From the NCBI GenBank assembly GCA_030141605.1, contig JAQGDQ010000220.1, forward strand, positions 305,840 through 369,839: DNA of 64,000 nt, written 5' to 3'. Every line of letters begins with the position of its first letter. Position 1 is the first letter of the stretch. A program made the translations under genes and the position numbers. This document shows positions 25,701 to 37,800 of this stretch, piece by piece. The notes under the pieces are model-generated. The model saw only the letters and a program-made list of their open reading frames with translations, was not told the DNA's origin and ran no database searches. This stretch comes from Tubiluchus corallicola (Eukaryota > Animalia > Priapulida).

Positions 25701-27176
25701 TAATTAAATGATAGATTAAAAACTTAATTAGCAGTGGAGGAGGTCAACTATCACAAACTAACATAATTTTCAACTGCAAAAATATTCCATGAGCATGTTT
25801 GCACGTGCTTACGAGAAAGCAAAAATTGAAATAAGTGCTACTGTAAGATATTCAGTGTGTTCTACTAAAACTATTCAAATTTCAAATTCACCACTGTGCT
25901 CACGCATGAGGTGTCAAATGTATGTAGTTCGTCACAAATTAACACATCTGAATTGAGAGGTACAGCACCTGGTTTTCTGTGCATTGCATTTCTAAAATGC
26001 AGGCGCTAGTGCTTGTCTAACTAGGGAATGGCGAAATGCATATAACAGCGAAGAACTAGTGGAGCGAATGTGAAATTGTGTTTGTGTGGTAATAATTCTT
26101 TCACATAAGTCATTTTTGAAAAAACAGTATATTTCCTTTCAATATTTTAAAGAGTAGATTGTTTTAACCTACAGTTTAAGATTAGGTCCGGTATTGCTTT
26201 AATGCCAATTGTATTGCTGTGAAAACCTCTTGTGTTTTTTACCTTTTATAATGTTTGCATGTTTTAATGCTGGAGCTGAGTGTTTAATGACTGTCGTATT
26301 ATGAGCAACTTTCCTAGACCAATGCATACAAAAGAATTATTCTGCAGTATCGCAAATCAAATTCATGGTGATTTTTAGAAAAATTCGTGGAATTTTATCC
26401 CATCGGGCTTGGCTCAGAGATGGAAAAACATGCACAATTTGTGACTTCACTACGAAACAAATGATTAAAATATTAAAAGGGTAGAGAGCCAGAAGTTTGT
26501 TGCCCCGGGCGCAGCAAGCACTTGCTATGCCACTGATTGTTTTAAGACTTTTGCCATAAAGGCATAATTTGCATTTAAGCAGTTTACCATATAAACTGCT
26601 AATTCCACGATGACTATGCATTAGCTCTTTGACCTTGTTTGGCAAGCCATAAAAAGGTCCAACAGAAGCTACCTCTTCGATGCCATCTAAGATGTAATCA
26701 TAAGCTTTTTGTAGGTGCTCATTCTGTAATTTCTTAAGCTTGGTGTGTCTGGGTGTTGATAATTTGGAATTCTCTTGCAGAGTCTTGCAGATTTTGTCTT
26801 TTATCGACAAGGATTTGTGCGACACTGTCGGCAAAGAGTTCAAACATTGACCAGCATCGATGCGATCTTTCAACCACACATCAACCTTGTAGTTGTCAGT
26901 TGTCGAATGTACGTCACTTTGTTCATTGTCGATTGAAACAGAGTTCTGGCATTCGGAGACTGTGCTAACTTTGTTGTCTTTTTTGGCTTCTAAGGCACAC
27001 TTGTCTTCTTCTAAATTGTCCAAATTTATCTGCTCTAAGATGGCATCATCTTCGTAGAAACTAGAATGCGGTATATCTGGATTGTACCTAAGTGGCTTGC
27101 TAGAATATTCTATTTGTTTATGTTTACTGTGAGATGTGCTTAGGGATTTTCTCTTCTTTGTTCGTCTAAGTAGCAT
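7755..27176 (-). CDS. HELQ: Helicase POLQ-like (HEL308/Ski2-like SF2 DNA helicase), ~988 aa, 17 coding exons
   Basis: GT-AG exons with consistent phases: 27176-26588, 24685-24507 (SLPTSGGKT Walker A), 24021-23821 (VVVDE), 23103-23028 (LHM), 20891-20794 (GMSATL), 20680-20573, 19468-19250 ([11 protein letters not shown]), 17529-17363 ([20 protein letters not shown]), 16884-16743 ([12 protein letters not shown]), 15720-15616, 14942-14753, 14315-14158, 13042-12944, 11294-11121, 10579-10466 (ELEEFW), 9463-9329 (GRAKQL), 7967-7755 (stop). No polymerase domain, so HELQ rather than POLQ. Start codon is a best guess. Confidence 0.95.
15058..15516 (+). mobile_element. TTAA-specific (Kolobok-like) MITE family D, near full length
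   Basis: TTAA-AGCACAAGAAAA...GATATACT-TTAA. Further copies or fragments at ~13830-14119 (-), ~19688-20100 (+), ~23520-23663 (-), ~24060-24100 (-), ~33707-34179 (-), ~40860-41266 (-), ~50754-50920 (-). Confidence 0.75.
15999..16540 (+). mobile_element. Kolobok-like MITE family C, uninterrupted copy
   Basis: TTAA at 15995-98 and 16541-44; ends TGGAAAACT / TGGTTTTCCT; homologous to 5542-6810. Confidence 0.75.
17030..17180 (+). repeat. Degenerate (AAAC)n microsatellite
   Basis: AACAAACAAACG/AGAC runs in a HELQ intron. Confidence 0.75.
17661..18220. mobile_element. Tc1/pogo (Tigger-like) MITE
   Basis: TA flanks; TIR CAGGCGAACCTCGTTATA / TATAACAAGGTTTGACTG. Confidence 0.7.
19692..20100 (+). mobile_element. 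MITE family D copy
   Basis: TTAA-AGCACAAGAAAAC start; collinear with 15058-15516. Confidence 0.7.
20277..20333 (+). repeat. 15-bp minisatellite (GGTATACTGAACAGT) x~4
   Basis: Direct reading of the sequence. Confidence 0.8.
20935..21314 (-). mobile_element. MITE family A, copy 2
   Basis: Reverse complement of the 2824-3217 body; ends AACTGTGAAAAGGCTTATCG. Confidence 0.75.
23312..23441 (+). mobile_element. Harbinger-like MITE family B, internally deleted copy
   Basis: TTA flanks; CAGTATGTTCAGACT start; shares AGTTCACACTTG core with the other copies. Confidence 0.65.
25605..26198 (+). mobile_element. Kolobok-like TTAA MITE, distantly related to family C
   Basis: TTAA-AGGAAGACAGGA...TCCGGTATTGCT-TTAA; appears nested in an older hAT-like MITE (~25295-26534). 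Confidence 0.5.
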
Positions 27177-27438
27177 TTTCTTGCCCTTTTTTGAGCACTG
27201 CAAAAATTGACAAGCTGCAAAAAATGAAAATAAAATGAAATTTCCAGAATTTACAGACCGACATTCTTCAATAACCTACAAATAATCCAAAATGCAACAA
27301 ATGCACAAGCAGCATAATGCTTAATCAGTTTTATCATTATTATTCTATCATTATATCATTTATCAATAAGATTATCCCTTAGTTCTAAGTTACAGCACTT
27401 CAGCAGAATTATTTCAATCACTCAGATAACTGATATTA

Positions 27439-27747
27439 CGGCATGTTCAGATTAGGGAGTTTTCTCGCCAAGTAACTCGCAAGTGTGTTCATACTGGAGA
27501 GCAAAACTTGCTGTTAGCTACTCTCTGACAGTAAATGTGAGCTGACACTCAATTCTCTATTCACTGCGAGATTAGCTTGAACAGACGTTCACACTAGTTA
27601 GAAAGCAACTCGGAGGAAATCAATTTGCAGCAAGTGTCGGACAGTTTGCAATTTAACTTGCAGACAGTATTTGTAAAACAGTTCACACTTGCAAGTTTGC
27701 CATTAGAAAAAAAACTCGTGGCAGAAAACATTATTCTGAACATGCCG
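27439..27747 (+). mobile_element. PIF/Harbinger (Tourist-like) MITE family B
   Basis: Perfect 13-bp TIR CGGCATGTTCAGA / TCTGAACATGCCG with TTA duplication (27436-38 / 27748-50). Confidence 0.85.
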
Positions 27748-28055
27748 TTAGATAACACAGTCCCCGGAAATTAGAAAAATTACAATATTTCAGGATACAT
27801 CTAATTGCCGATATTTGTTTAAATATTGGACAACTTTTATAGATCTTCTTAGAATTGCAATAGTTGTAGTCCTATGCGGAAGGCAAGTGCTGTAGCGCTT
27901 GCACCTGTAAGCGACCTGACTGGGCTGGCACAAGTATCTTATAGAATACCAAGAACAGCTTCATGTCTCTACAGTATGACATATACTAGTCTTCTGATGT
28001 CTCTAACTTGCTGTATTCCATTGCTGCTGCAGCTAATGAGTCACTCTGTAGACAT

Positions 28056-28327
28056 GGCCAGGCGGTTTAGTCTAATGGTAACATGTTCGCTTTTAGTCTG
28101 GGAGGTTGTGAGTTCGATACAGCAGACGGGTCATACCAAAGTCTTTAAAATTGGTATCTGCTGTTGCCCTGTCTGGCGCGGGATACTTAGGGTAAAAGTG
28201 TGGTAATAATAGTCTCTGTCATGTAGTGTTAGATTGTTATTTACAGTCAGTCCGAAAGCTCTTTGGAGCTTAAGTTAATTGTTCACCCAAAATGCCGACT
28301 TTAAATAAAGATTATTATTATTATTAT
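28056..28327 (+). mobile_element. tRNA-derived SINE
   Basis: A box TAGTCTAATGG (28068), B box GTTCGATAC (28112), central CGGGTCATACCAAAGTCTTTAAAATTGGTA block, AATAAA followed by an (ATT)n tail. Confidence 0.75.
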
Positions 28328-29424
28328 CATATTATGGCCTGCACTTAACTCATGCATAGTTTACCACTTTAGCGCCTTACTGCAAAACTGAATTTCATTC
28401 ATGGTGTTGCTTATTTCACTAAATTAGATTGAAATTTTGGAATGTACTATCTACAGTGTTAAACAGTAATGATAAAGTGATTAAGCATTTTACAAAAAAA
28501 AAGAGTTGAAATGAATAACGTTGATTACATTCATCTCCAGTTTAATGAAACTTTAATCTCAATGTTAAACTATCAAATTTTTTTATGTTTTACGTTTAAA
28601 GGGTACTTTTCTTAAACAACATGTTACACTGTACTATACGTCATCATAACTTAAATTTGTAAATGACATGGATAAATTTAGTGTCATCAGTTTGAATAAA
28701 CAGGCTTGCTTACAAACAAAATGTGCATTCCTTTTTATATAGCTCTTGCACGTAAAGTTTATTTTTCAAACACAGTACTTGAAATTGAGACAGCAAATTA
28801 TATTACATTAGGCAAAAAAATTACTTAAAGAAACATTAAACAAAACACAACATGTAACGTTTGTGCCTGTTCGAAATCCTTGTACACCGTGGTGTAGCAT
28901 GTCGCCACACCTTGTACTGTTTTGCCATGTATCATAGTGCCTCTGCTTCATTTACCTTTGCTACACTGTCTCGTTATATTTATAGTCCTTGGGGCATTTG
29001 TAAGATTTTCCGCCTCTGGCGAGACAGTACATAAAGAGACAGTATGCAGCACAGTGATACACACCAAAGCAGTATAAGTTGAGGCGGTACATGGTGATGT
29101 CAAGGAAACGTGAATATACCACCTATTATATTATTACAACAGAAATCTTTTACTGAATAATAAAGTTACATTTACATTAATGCATATTACAATATAACGA
29201 TCAAACCGAAAATAAATAAATTAATTAAGCACAACAAGTCTCTACCTTTTTGCAGGGTATCACGCATTGTTGTATAAAATATCAATGAAAAAATACAGTT
29301 TCAATAACAGATTTACGATTAAGATCAGGCTAAAAGTTTAAAGTTTGGAAAATTGAGTTTATCACAAATGAGAGTACTCAAGTTCCGCTATAGTAAGTAT
29401 ATAGGACACTGATATGATAGCCAT

Positions 29425-29880
29425 TTTATGCAAAACAATCATAAGACCAATATTAGACTATGGTGATGTAATTTGGTGTCCGCCCAAACATCAAGCAGTG
29501 CGCAAAGGTAGAATCTATTCAACGGAAAGTCACCAAGTTAGTACCATCAGTCAAAGATCTACCATATGCAGAGAGAATGCAGACTAAATTTACCATCCCT
29601 ATGTTTCAGAAGAAAAAGAGGTGACCAAGTCATGCTATATCGTATATACAACAACCTTACAAGAATTGACAGCAGAAAATATTTTTCAGTTAATCCACAT
29701 GGATTACAAACCCCAGGTGAAGAAAACAAGAATACATTCACTTTCAGAATGATAAATGATTGGAACTTCCTCACCACATTGATATGGAGCACCACATCAG
29801 CAGATCAATTCAAGAACAAACATTAGATATGTATCGGGAAGACCATCCAATGAAGTTCCACGATCCGGTCCAGCCGGAAT
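29425..29880 (+). mobile_element. CR1/L2-type LINE ORF2 3' fragment (degenerate)
   Basis: Frameshifted translation gives IRPILDYGDVIWCP...ESIQRKVTKLVP...YAER..LNLPSLCFRRKRGD, typical of the post-RT region of CR1-group LINEs. Confidence 0.75.
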
Positions 29881-30411
29881 CAATTCAATTTCATTTTATT
29901 GCACAAATACAATAGTGTACCAAGGCAAAAAATTAAAATTACAAAAAAAATTAAAGTACAAGAACGATTTCAAAATATAACAAATACAATTATGCAATAG
30001 AATGCAAGACTCGACTCTAAACGTTTCGTTCCAGTTTATCATAAATCAACACATCTAACCCATTCGCCATACCACCACTGACCTTGCTTCCTCACTATAC
30101 AATGACAACTGGCCTCTAGGCGGCACTTCCACTTCAGAGAGACAACATAAATATAAAACGGGAGAGAAAAAACCTGTGATAAAATAATTAAGAGAGGCTT
30201 ATCAAGAGAGACAACTATGGGCAAAAAGCCTGCTTATATGCTTCGCCCTGTCGATCTACGGTAACATATAAATTTAATTAATAATTTTTTGCCAGCGCAA
30301 CATTCTACTGCTATTGCTATAAATTAGTATAATTTAATTATTTATTATAATATAAATACAAGTAAAGAAATTTTAGTCTTTACTTTAATGTCCCATTCCG
30401 TCTGTTGTAGA

Positions 30412-31356
30412 TGTTGGGAGCCGTTTGGACCACTGCGCCAAGTAGACCAATTGGTCTACTTGGGCTAGCCCAAGTAGACCGGGGTCTACATGGGCTAGCC
30501 CAAGTAGGACACTAGAGACAGGTCGTGAATTCAGTCGTTAAGTGTACTGACACCGTCCGTTGTGCTTGTTTATGTAATAATAATAATTAAAAACGTTAAT
30601 ACACGTTGAATAATTTATTATACATCTAATAAAATAAAAGAATTTTATTCTGAGCTGGTAGAACGGACAATATTAAGTTTGGTTTCCATATTAATGTTGT
30701 TGAAGTGAAAAACCCCCACTTTTTTGCGAATTCAACATTTGTTTAAGGTATATCATTTTTGATTTTGTCTCACTTCACAAACAGGTGATCCGTTTCACTA
30801 CCTCTTGGGCAAATAATTGTTTTCTTATAAGTAAACGTTCTAGCGATCTATGTGTCCTACATGGGCTAGCGAGCCATGTAGGACAGTGCCCTACATGTTA
30901 CAATACTACTGATAATATTAAAACTAATTATCCTTGCTTTTCTTAAATGTTAAAAATTACTTTTTGGTGTTGTGAAGGCTTAGCAGCATCTGTCTGTCTG
31001 TTAAATTTGCAATTATTTCTGTAATAACTGTGTGCAGAATTTCTCTCTTTAAAGCATTAGATACTAGGTTTAATTATATGATATATTAATGGAGTTAATC
31101 ATAATGATGAAATTATTGTAAGAAATGCATTTGTAAATTGCCAAGGAATATCCATTTCTAAAAGAAATTTTGTTTTATGCTTTATTATGTCATAACAATA
31201 CTTATAAACAATGGTAATATAAACTGGAAACAAGTTTTGCCAGAGCAAGTTTCTCGACAAAAATCGCTAGTGTCCTACTTGGGCTGCCCATGTAGGACAC
31301 TACTTTTAGCGCATCAAGTGGTCTACTTGGCGCAGTGGTCCAAACGGCTCCCAACA
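30412..31356. mobile_element. Young non-autonomous TIR element with TGT...ACA ends and 5-bp TSD (Ginger-like)
   Basis: Perfect 38-bp TIRs (30412-30449 / 31319-31356); GTAGA duplicated at 30407-11 and 31357-61; internal palindromic GTC(C)TAC(T/A)TGGGCTAGCCCAAGTAG(G)AC modules. Superfamily is inferred. Confidence 0.85.
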
Positions 31357-32784
31357 GTAGACACTGAGTTTAGTAATAATTTAACATTCAGACATTAAAT
31401 TTTAACACTTCATTTTCATTAATTTAACTTAGTCATTTAACATACTAGTTTGTGATAACTTTCATTTTCAAAAACACACAATTTGCGCAATATGGTCAAC
31501 TTTCAAGGAAGGGTTTTTATTCTTTAAACGCCTTTGAAGATGTCCCATATGTCAAAGAACGTTACTTGCACAATCGCGAAAACTGTGCACAATTCGGAGG
31601 ATCTAGTTTATTAATTTTTCCAGCCTTCTATTATAAGTATGCTAAAATCTTTAGTGATTAATATTGTGCAAGAATTGGACATCTAAAATAAAGAAGGCCG
31701 TTGAAGTCTGCCATTTAAATAAAAGTATGCCTGTGAAAAGTTAATAAGATTTTTTTCCTCACGCTTATGTTTTGAATATAATTGATTAAACAGGTCTTTT
31801 TTTAAAATCTAAATGTCTTAATGCGTTACGCACAGCCAAACTCTCTGCAAGCGTAGTTGTGAGCATTAGAAATGGGTGTTTCGGTTTGAAAAAGTTTTGA
31901 TTATGTCCTACGCCGTTAATTGTCAGAGAAATGCTTTTGGGGATTTAGTTCTCATGTTTCTACAAATGAGAGCAGTGTTAAACACCAAAGCACTATGAAT
32001 GCGCAATGTTCTTCGTTATGGGAGTGCTTAGGTTGTGGCTGGTGCAAAAGTGAATGCCTTACACTACACCTATGCTCCCAAGTAGTCACAAGGCAGTTCG
32101 TATTTTAGAATGTTTCATCTGCTCTGCATATAATCTTTTGTAGCCACAGAATTTTTGTCTTTGCACACTATTTTGTAACACTTTTGTTGTGCTGTAATTG
32201 TCTTGTCTTGTCTTGTGCAACAGCCACATGCTGCAAGAACAGTGCAGTGTAGAAATGTGTATTAGAGTTAGTAAATTTGGTGGAGAAAGCATGTAGTAAA
32301 CAAGTGTGAGTCACACAAAGTTGGACTGGTAGTGGAAGGTAAGCAGGTAGGCATGGTGCAGACTGAAATCTCCAGGTGTGCTTAAAACAGAGAGGGAAGA
32401 TGGAGACAATCCTTGAAACCCTCCAATGACGGAGTTTCAATGACAGCAATGAGTTTCACTGCAAAATGATACAGTACATTAAACTGGTGAATTTAATACA
32501 TCCAGTCTGTGAGCATCTACGCTGTACGAGATGTTATGATGCATGCACAACCTGCTAATTTTTATTAACGAGTTTACATAATTTTTTGTTAAATAATTGT
32601 TACTGACAGAGTATCTCAATAATGCTCCATTTTTACTTCTAGGTTGCAAAATGTCACTACAAGATAGTTGATGTTTACAACAGATATGGAAGACAGTGGA
32701 TTTGACAGCGACCCCAAGCAATCGAACGACATGAATGATGACGACAAAAGCAGTTGTCCTGAATCAAAGGTAGAGTTGTTTAGT

Positions 32785-33525
32785 CTGTCAAACCTCTATA
32801 TACCGCCCACTTTGGGATGTGAAAAGTTGGCGTTATAGCGAGTTTAATGTTATAATGAGGTGTGTTAAATTTTGCCATAGTCGAATCAGAAAACAGTCCT
32901 GAAGACAAGTGTACACAGGCTAGATCCTCAATTTTCACTCTAAAGGTAATGAATTAAAAGAAAATTATTAAATTAATCATTAGTGAATTAATGACTAACT
33001 CAAAATCAATCATCAAGAACATTTTGTTTACATAAAAAACATGTCTTATACTCGACTATATACATGTAATAGGCTGTAGGCCAACTGCTTCATTAATCAT
33101 GTATAAGTAAAAAAAATAAAGTCATAACTACAAATTTCTTGTTGGGATTTGCTTGAGTGACTCTTAGAAAACAAGTAAATTTCACCTTTCTCGTGGCGAA
33201 GAAAGAAACACGTGTTTTCTTGTCAGTTGTTACTGACAATCAAAATATGCAGATGTCATACATTATTTTACACAACACGTGACGTCTGGTCAGTGTCAGT
33301 GATTCGGCGGAGCATATAGCAGCCTCCTTCTGTGGGCATTATATCAAGAAGTTGCTGGCGTTAGTTGAAACACTTGAGACTGCTGGCGGTATTTCCCCAT
33401 TGAACACATATATTAATTTGCTTGGCAGATGGCGAGTTTTTTTTATATAAAGTTGAACAGAGCGTTGCGTTCCTGGCCATTTTGCAGGCAGCAAACATGT
33501 TTGGCAGTGTGACGGGGTTTGACTG
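32785..33525. mobile_element. Tc1/pogo-like MITE
   Basis: CTGTCAAACCTC... / ...GGGGTTTGACTG-TA termini, similar to 17661-18220. Confidence 0.6.
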
Positions 33526-33710
33526 TAGTGGCTATATGTAATCGTATAATGCTCGCTCAGTAAAAAAATGTTTTGAAGTATTTGAATAGAATTACGACAA
33601 GTGGTGCTTATTTTTATTCATTGACTTTTCTCATTAGGAATATTCAATATTCTATTCAATACTGTAAAAGTTATACTGCTAAAGGAAAAAAATGAAGGAA
33701 AGAATTTTAA

Positions 33711-34175
33711 AGTACAGTGTATATCCCAAAAAACTTTCGATACAAAGTTATATTACTTAGCATGGCGCTTACCGACTTGAGTAATTGGAAAAGTAAATTC
33801 TTAGTAATTTGAACTGGTGAAAGGTCACTGACTTACCATCACCCAGTTTGCACTAATCCACTAAAAAGCCTATCTTTAAACTTATTGACAATTGATGTAA
33901 AATAGTTTAAACTATTGCTTAATTAGCAAAGAACGTACTGCAAATGTACCGATGATTTTTTTCAAACTTTACGCAGTGTTATCTGAATGTGTTTCAAACG
34001 ACTTGTCATAAAATGCCTGCGCATAATGGTTATCGCTGGAGTTCAAATTTACAAGTTTTATATCAGAGTTGCTGCCAATACAAGTTCTGTGCACAATAAG
34101 ACAGCATGTAAGTGATAGAGAAAATTTCAAGACGAATTTTTTTAGCTTTATGTAAGCGAAGGATTTTCTTGTGCT
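33711..34175 (-). mobile_element. MITE family D copy
   Basis: Ends TTTTCTTGTGCT-TTAA; reverse complement of 15058-15516. Confidence 0.7.
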
Positions 34176-34847
34176 TTAAACAAAGACAGGTCTGTGTGAA
34201 AATGTTTTCTTGTTACCAGTTGTTATGCATTATGTGACGTTTAACCTGCGTATATATATTATCATAATAATTATCGTTCATCGTAATGTTTTAATCCGTT
34301 GTTGATTGTTTTATTTTATCTCAGCTAGAACCAACATGTCGATCTACAGCAACACTCACAACTAAGTTTATCCTTTTCTAGCTGCTTTACTAAACTCTTT
34401 GAGACTTTATCTTTAGAACTAAATCAATAGAAACCATTTTCAGTTTAATCTCTTTAACTTTATAAAATCAAATGCAGGACCAAAAAAAGTTTTGACAAGG
34501 TATATATTCAACATTTTTGATTGCTATGCGATATGCAATGTACAAGTTTGAAGATTTTTTACTTCAATTAGATATTATGAATTTGAAAAGTAGTTAAAAA
34601 TGCATAGGATATCATTTTATTTTTAGGTAAATGTTGGAGAAACAGAGGAATTACTAGACGAGTCTGTTCCTAAGATAGGATTCAAGAAAACTTCACCTCT
34701 GCAAAGCAGAATAATCGGTAAGCTACACGCATGTTTTGTATTTGTGTTCATTTAAACTGCTACCTTTATTTATTATTTTCTCAGCATTAGACACATGTAA
34801 ATAGTATATTTCCACATTTTCCACATGACCATTATTGTCCAGAGTTT

Positions 34848-37800
34848 TTAACCTTTTTCGGGCTTTTCATATTTTTTTCGCAGAACTCTGCGCAATATTT
34901 TTCCACTAGCTGACTTTGGTATCTCGTCAACAAATTCAACGCCGCCTCTTAGTTGTTTATGTGGCGCCATTTTCTCTTCTACATGTTTTTCCACCTGCGT
35001 CTCCGTCAGCGCCACGTCTTGTTTTTTCACGACAAAAGCCTTCGGTAATTCCCCTGCAGTTTCATCCAGCACACCAACTACTGCAACGTCTGCGACGTGA
35101 GAATGACTGAGGATGTGCGCTTCCAGTTCCGCTGGTGCCACTTGGAAGCCTTTGAACTTGATGAGTTCCTTAACACGGTCCACTATGAAGAAGCTTCTGC
35201 AAGTCACAAAATGAAAGTTATGTTAGTGCGCAGTCAATTTGCGAGTAACAGGTGTTTCAGATTAAGCATTGGTTCCGTTTCTGTAGTTTCTGTTTCATAC
35301 TGCTGCTTTAGTTTAGAAGTGAGCCTATAGGTGAAACAAGAAAGATAGAATGGTATTAGGTACACCTGGTCTTCGGATGGAAAACTGATGCTAAATAGCT
35401 GAATAATCGAGCTAATACTGTCGTTAAAGGAAAAGTCAAGACTGTCCAAAAGTGAACCTTATTTCAGCACAGCAGGCGCTGCTTAATAGACTCACTTTGG
35501 GACAGATGTGTTTTGACCCAATTAACCGACAGATATACTATTACTAGCATAGAAGCACAAATAGTCAGCTTAATATGCACTGCAAAGGGTTTTGATGAAT
35601 TTTAGAAACACTGTAAAGGCATTAGCGTATGATAAACGTTCCTGCTTACAAAAAATGGCACTTACATGATTGGTTCTACGTAAAAGTCATAAAAACTTTT
35701 TGGTCACACACAAGTGTCTTATTTTAAGCATGCGAAGCAAAAATAGTCGAGTCAATTATGCGGAGTTATTTGAGTCTATTATCGGCAGTTTTTATACACA
35801 TTTGGATGGAAGATGCCCATACCAGGTGTCAACTAGGCGATACTATTAACACATGAGTCTAATAAATGGCGTTTACAGTATTTGAGAAAAATGATAGAAA
35901 GTTTCAGCAATAAAATTGTGATAAGGGCCTCATGTAGTAAGTGCACTCTCATTCTGATTACTGCCAGTTTGTCATGTATATTACCTTATTTATTATCCTT
36001 CCAGCTTTCAACCGCAGTTCAGTCTATTTTTCACTTTTAATTCATCAAACTAATGCACCACCTATGTCTACATGAATTGTGTGTTGAGAGACGTTGTAAA
36101 CACTGGATAGTAAACACTTTTCCCATTATTAGTATTATATTCAATTCATTTAAAAGTTTTTTTACTAACTACGAAGTTGCCAATAGATGAGTAAATACAT
36201 TCGAAACGATTTCAGCAGATATTGGAAATGCTTCACTGCTGTTCAGGTAACCTATTTTTTGACGTCTCCACCCGTTTAAAGTATAAAGATAAAAAAGCTG
36301 CTTACCCATCTTCACTATAGTATCCAGTATCTCCAGTGTGAAAGAATTTGTCATTGTCAATTACCCTATCAGTTTCTGCTTGGTTATTCAAATAACCTTT
36401 CATTACTTGTGGTCCACGAATAAGAATTTCGCCTTCAGTGTTGGGTCCCAGTGGTTCACCAGTTTCAATGTCTATAACCTGTAGACATGAGATATTGTGT
36501 TTGCATACAGTAGAGTACTGTGTCCTGAATATCCTTGCTTAACTCTTGCTTCCCTATAGTTGCTGGCGATTTACTTAAATTTTGCCATCCATTTTTTGGT
36601 TTAATGTCGATTGACGATTGTTTCACTCAGTGGCAAATCTTTATTTTACTTATTAGTGTTTAAAACCACCTGAAACTGTTTCTCTTATATTAGCAACTGT
36701 ATTATAATAATTATTTCAAAGCCATCACTAGAATAAGCCTTTCGCCTATAATTATTTTTTATTTAATTCGCATTTACGCTGCTGTCGTAAGACACAATCT
36801 GTAATACTGTATAAAATAGAGCAGAAAAATCTCGCTTATACACATTAAAACCAAAATACATAAAAAGACAAAGAGATCAAAAGCTAACACAGTTAGTAGA
36901 TATTTTTTTCTTTTTGTAACTAACTTAAGCTACATTAATGCAATGCCAGAAGTCTTTAGTAAGCTAACAGCCTAAGCGTAACTGACAATTGGCATGCTTG
37001 TTTGCTGTGTTGGTTGTCAACATTAAAATGAATGTTGCTAGCTCATTACTTAGTCCATATTTGCAGGTGCTGGCACATAGATTCATGGTTGTTTGAACAT
37101 GGCTAAAGCAATACAGCCAAAACACTAAAATAAAGATGATTTCAAAACTAGCCAGGGCACTTGCCTTTAGTGTAGCACTAGCCTATCAGGAATGTCACAT
37201 ATTGTGAACCGAGTGAAATTTTAAGAAATGATGCACAGCTGCTAAATAGCAACAATATCATTATTGTTAAATAAAGTGCTGAACCCAGTAAAAGAGTTTC
37301 AATTGCAGTGTAGCTGCAATAAATTGAGACAAATTTCTGAAATTTCAATGCACAAAGTCACAGGCTTGAAGATATAAATACAGTAAAGGTCTTTCGTAAT
37401 GGTACAAATGCATAGCAGCAAAAACAGTTATGCCGGGCCTTTTGTAGGACATAATGCAAATGCACGGGTACGTTACACAGACATATCCTAGTAATACTTG
37501 ACTCGTATATAAATCAAACGTTTTATATATTTTCAGTTGATCACATTTATATCTTATTCTTTATTAGACACCAGAAAGTCATTTTTATTGTGCCAAAACA
37601 TTGCAATAAACATGTTTTGAAATTTAGCATGGGCGCTTGCCTTTTTGTTCACTATTAAGTCGAAATTTCCAAAGAAATTTTCGGATTGATTTTACTTTGA
37701 ATTTGTCCTGCAGATCTGTGCGCCTGACAGAAAAAGCAGGAAAATTGTCTTTTAACATTTTTTTGTTTCATTGGGCTCCTTTCGTTGGACTTAATTGATT

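Noticed and set aside
7755-27176. POLQ
   Set aside because: The gene stops shortly after the helicase C-terminal region, with no central linker or A-family polymerase domain.
28056-28130. Functional tRNA gene
   Set aside because: A/B boxes are present but there is no convincing acceptor stem, and it continues into a SINE body and (ATT)n tail.
30438-30515. CRISPR-like palindromic repeat array
   Set aside because: Eukaryotic context, no unique regular spacers, no cas genes; the repeats lie within a TIR/TSD-bounded element.
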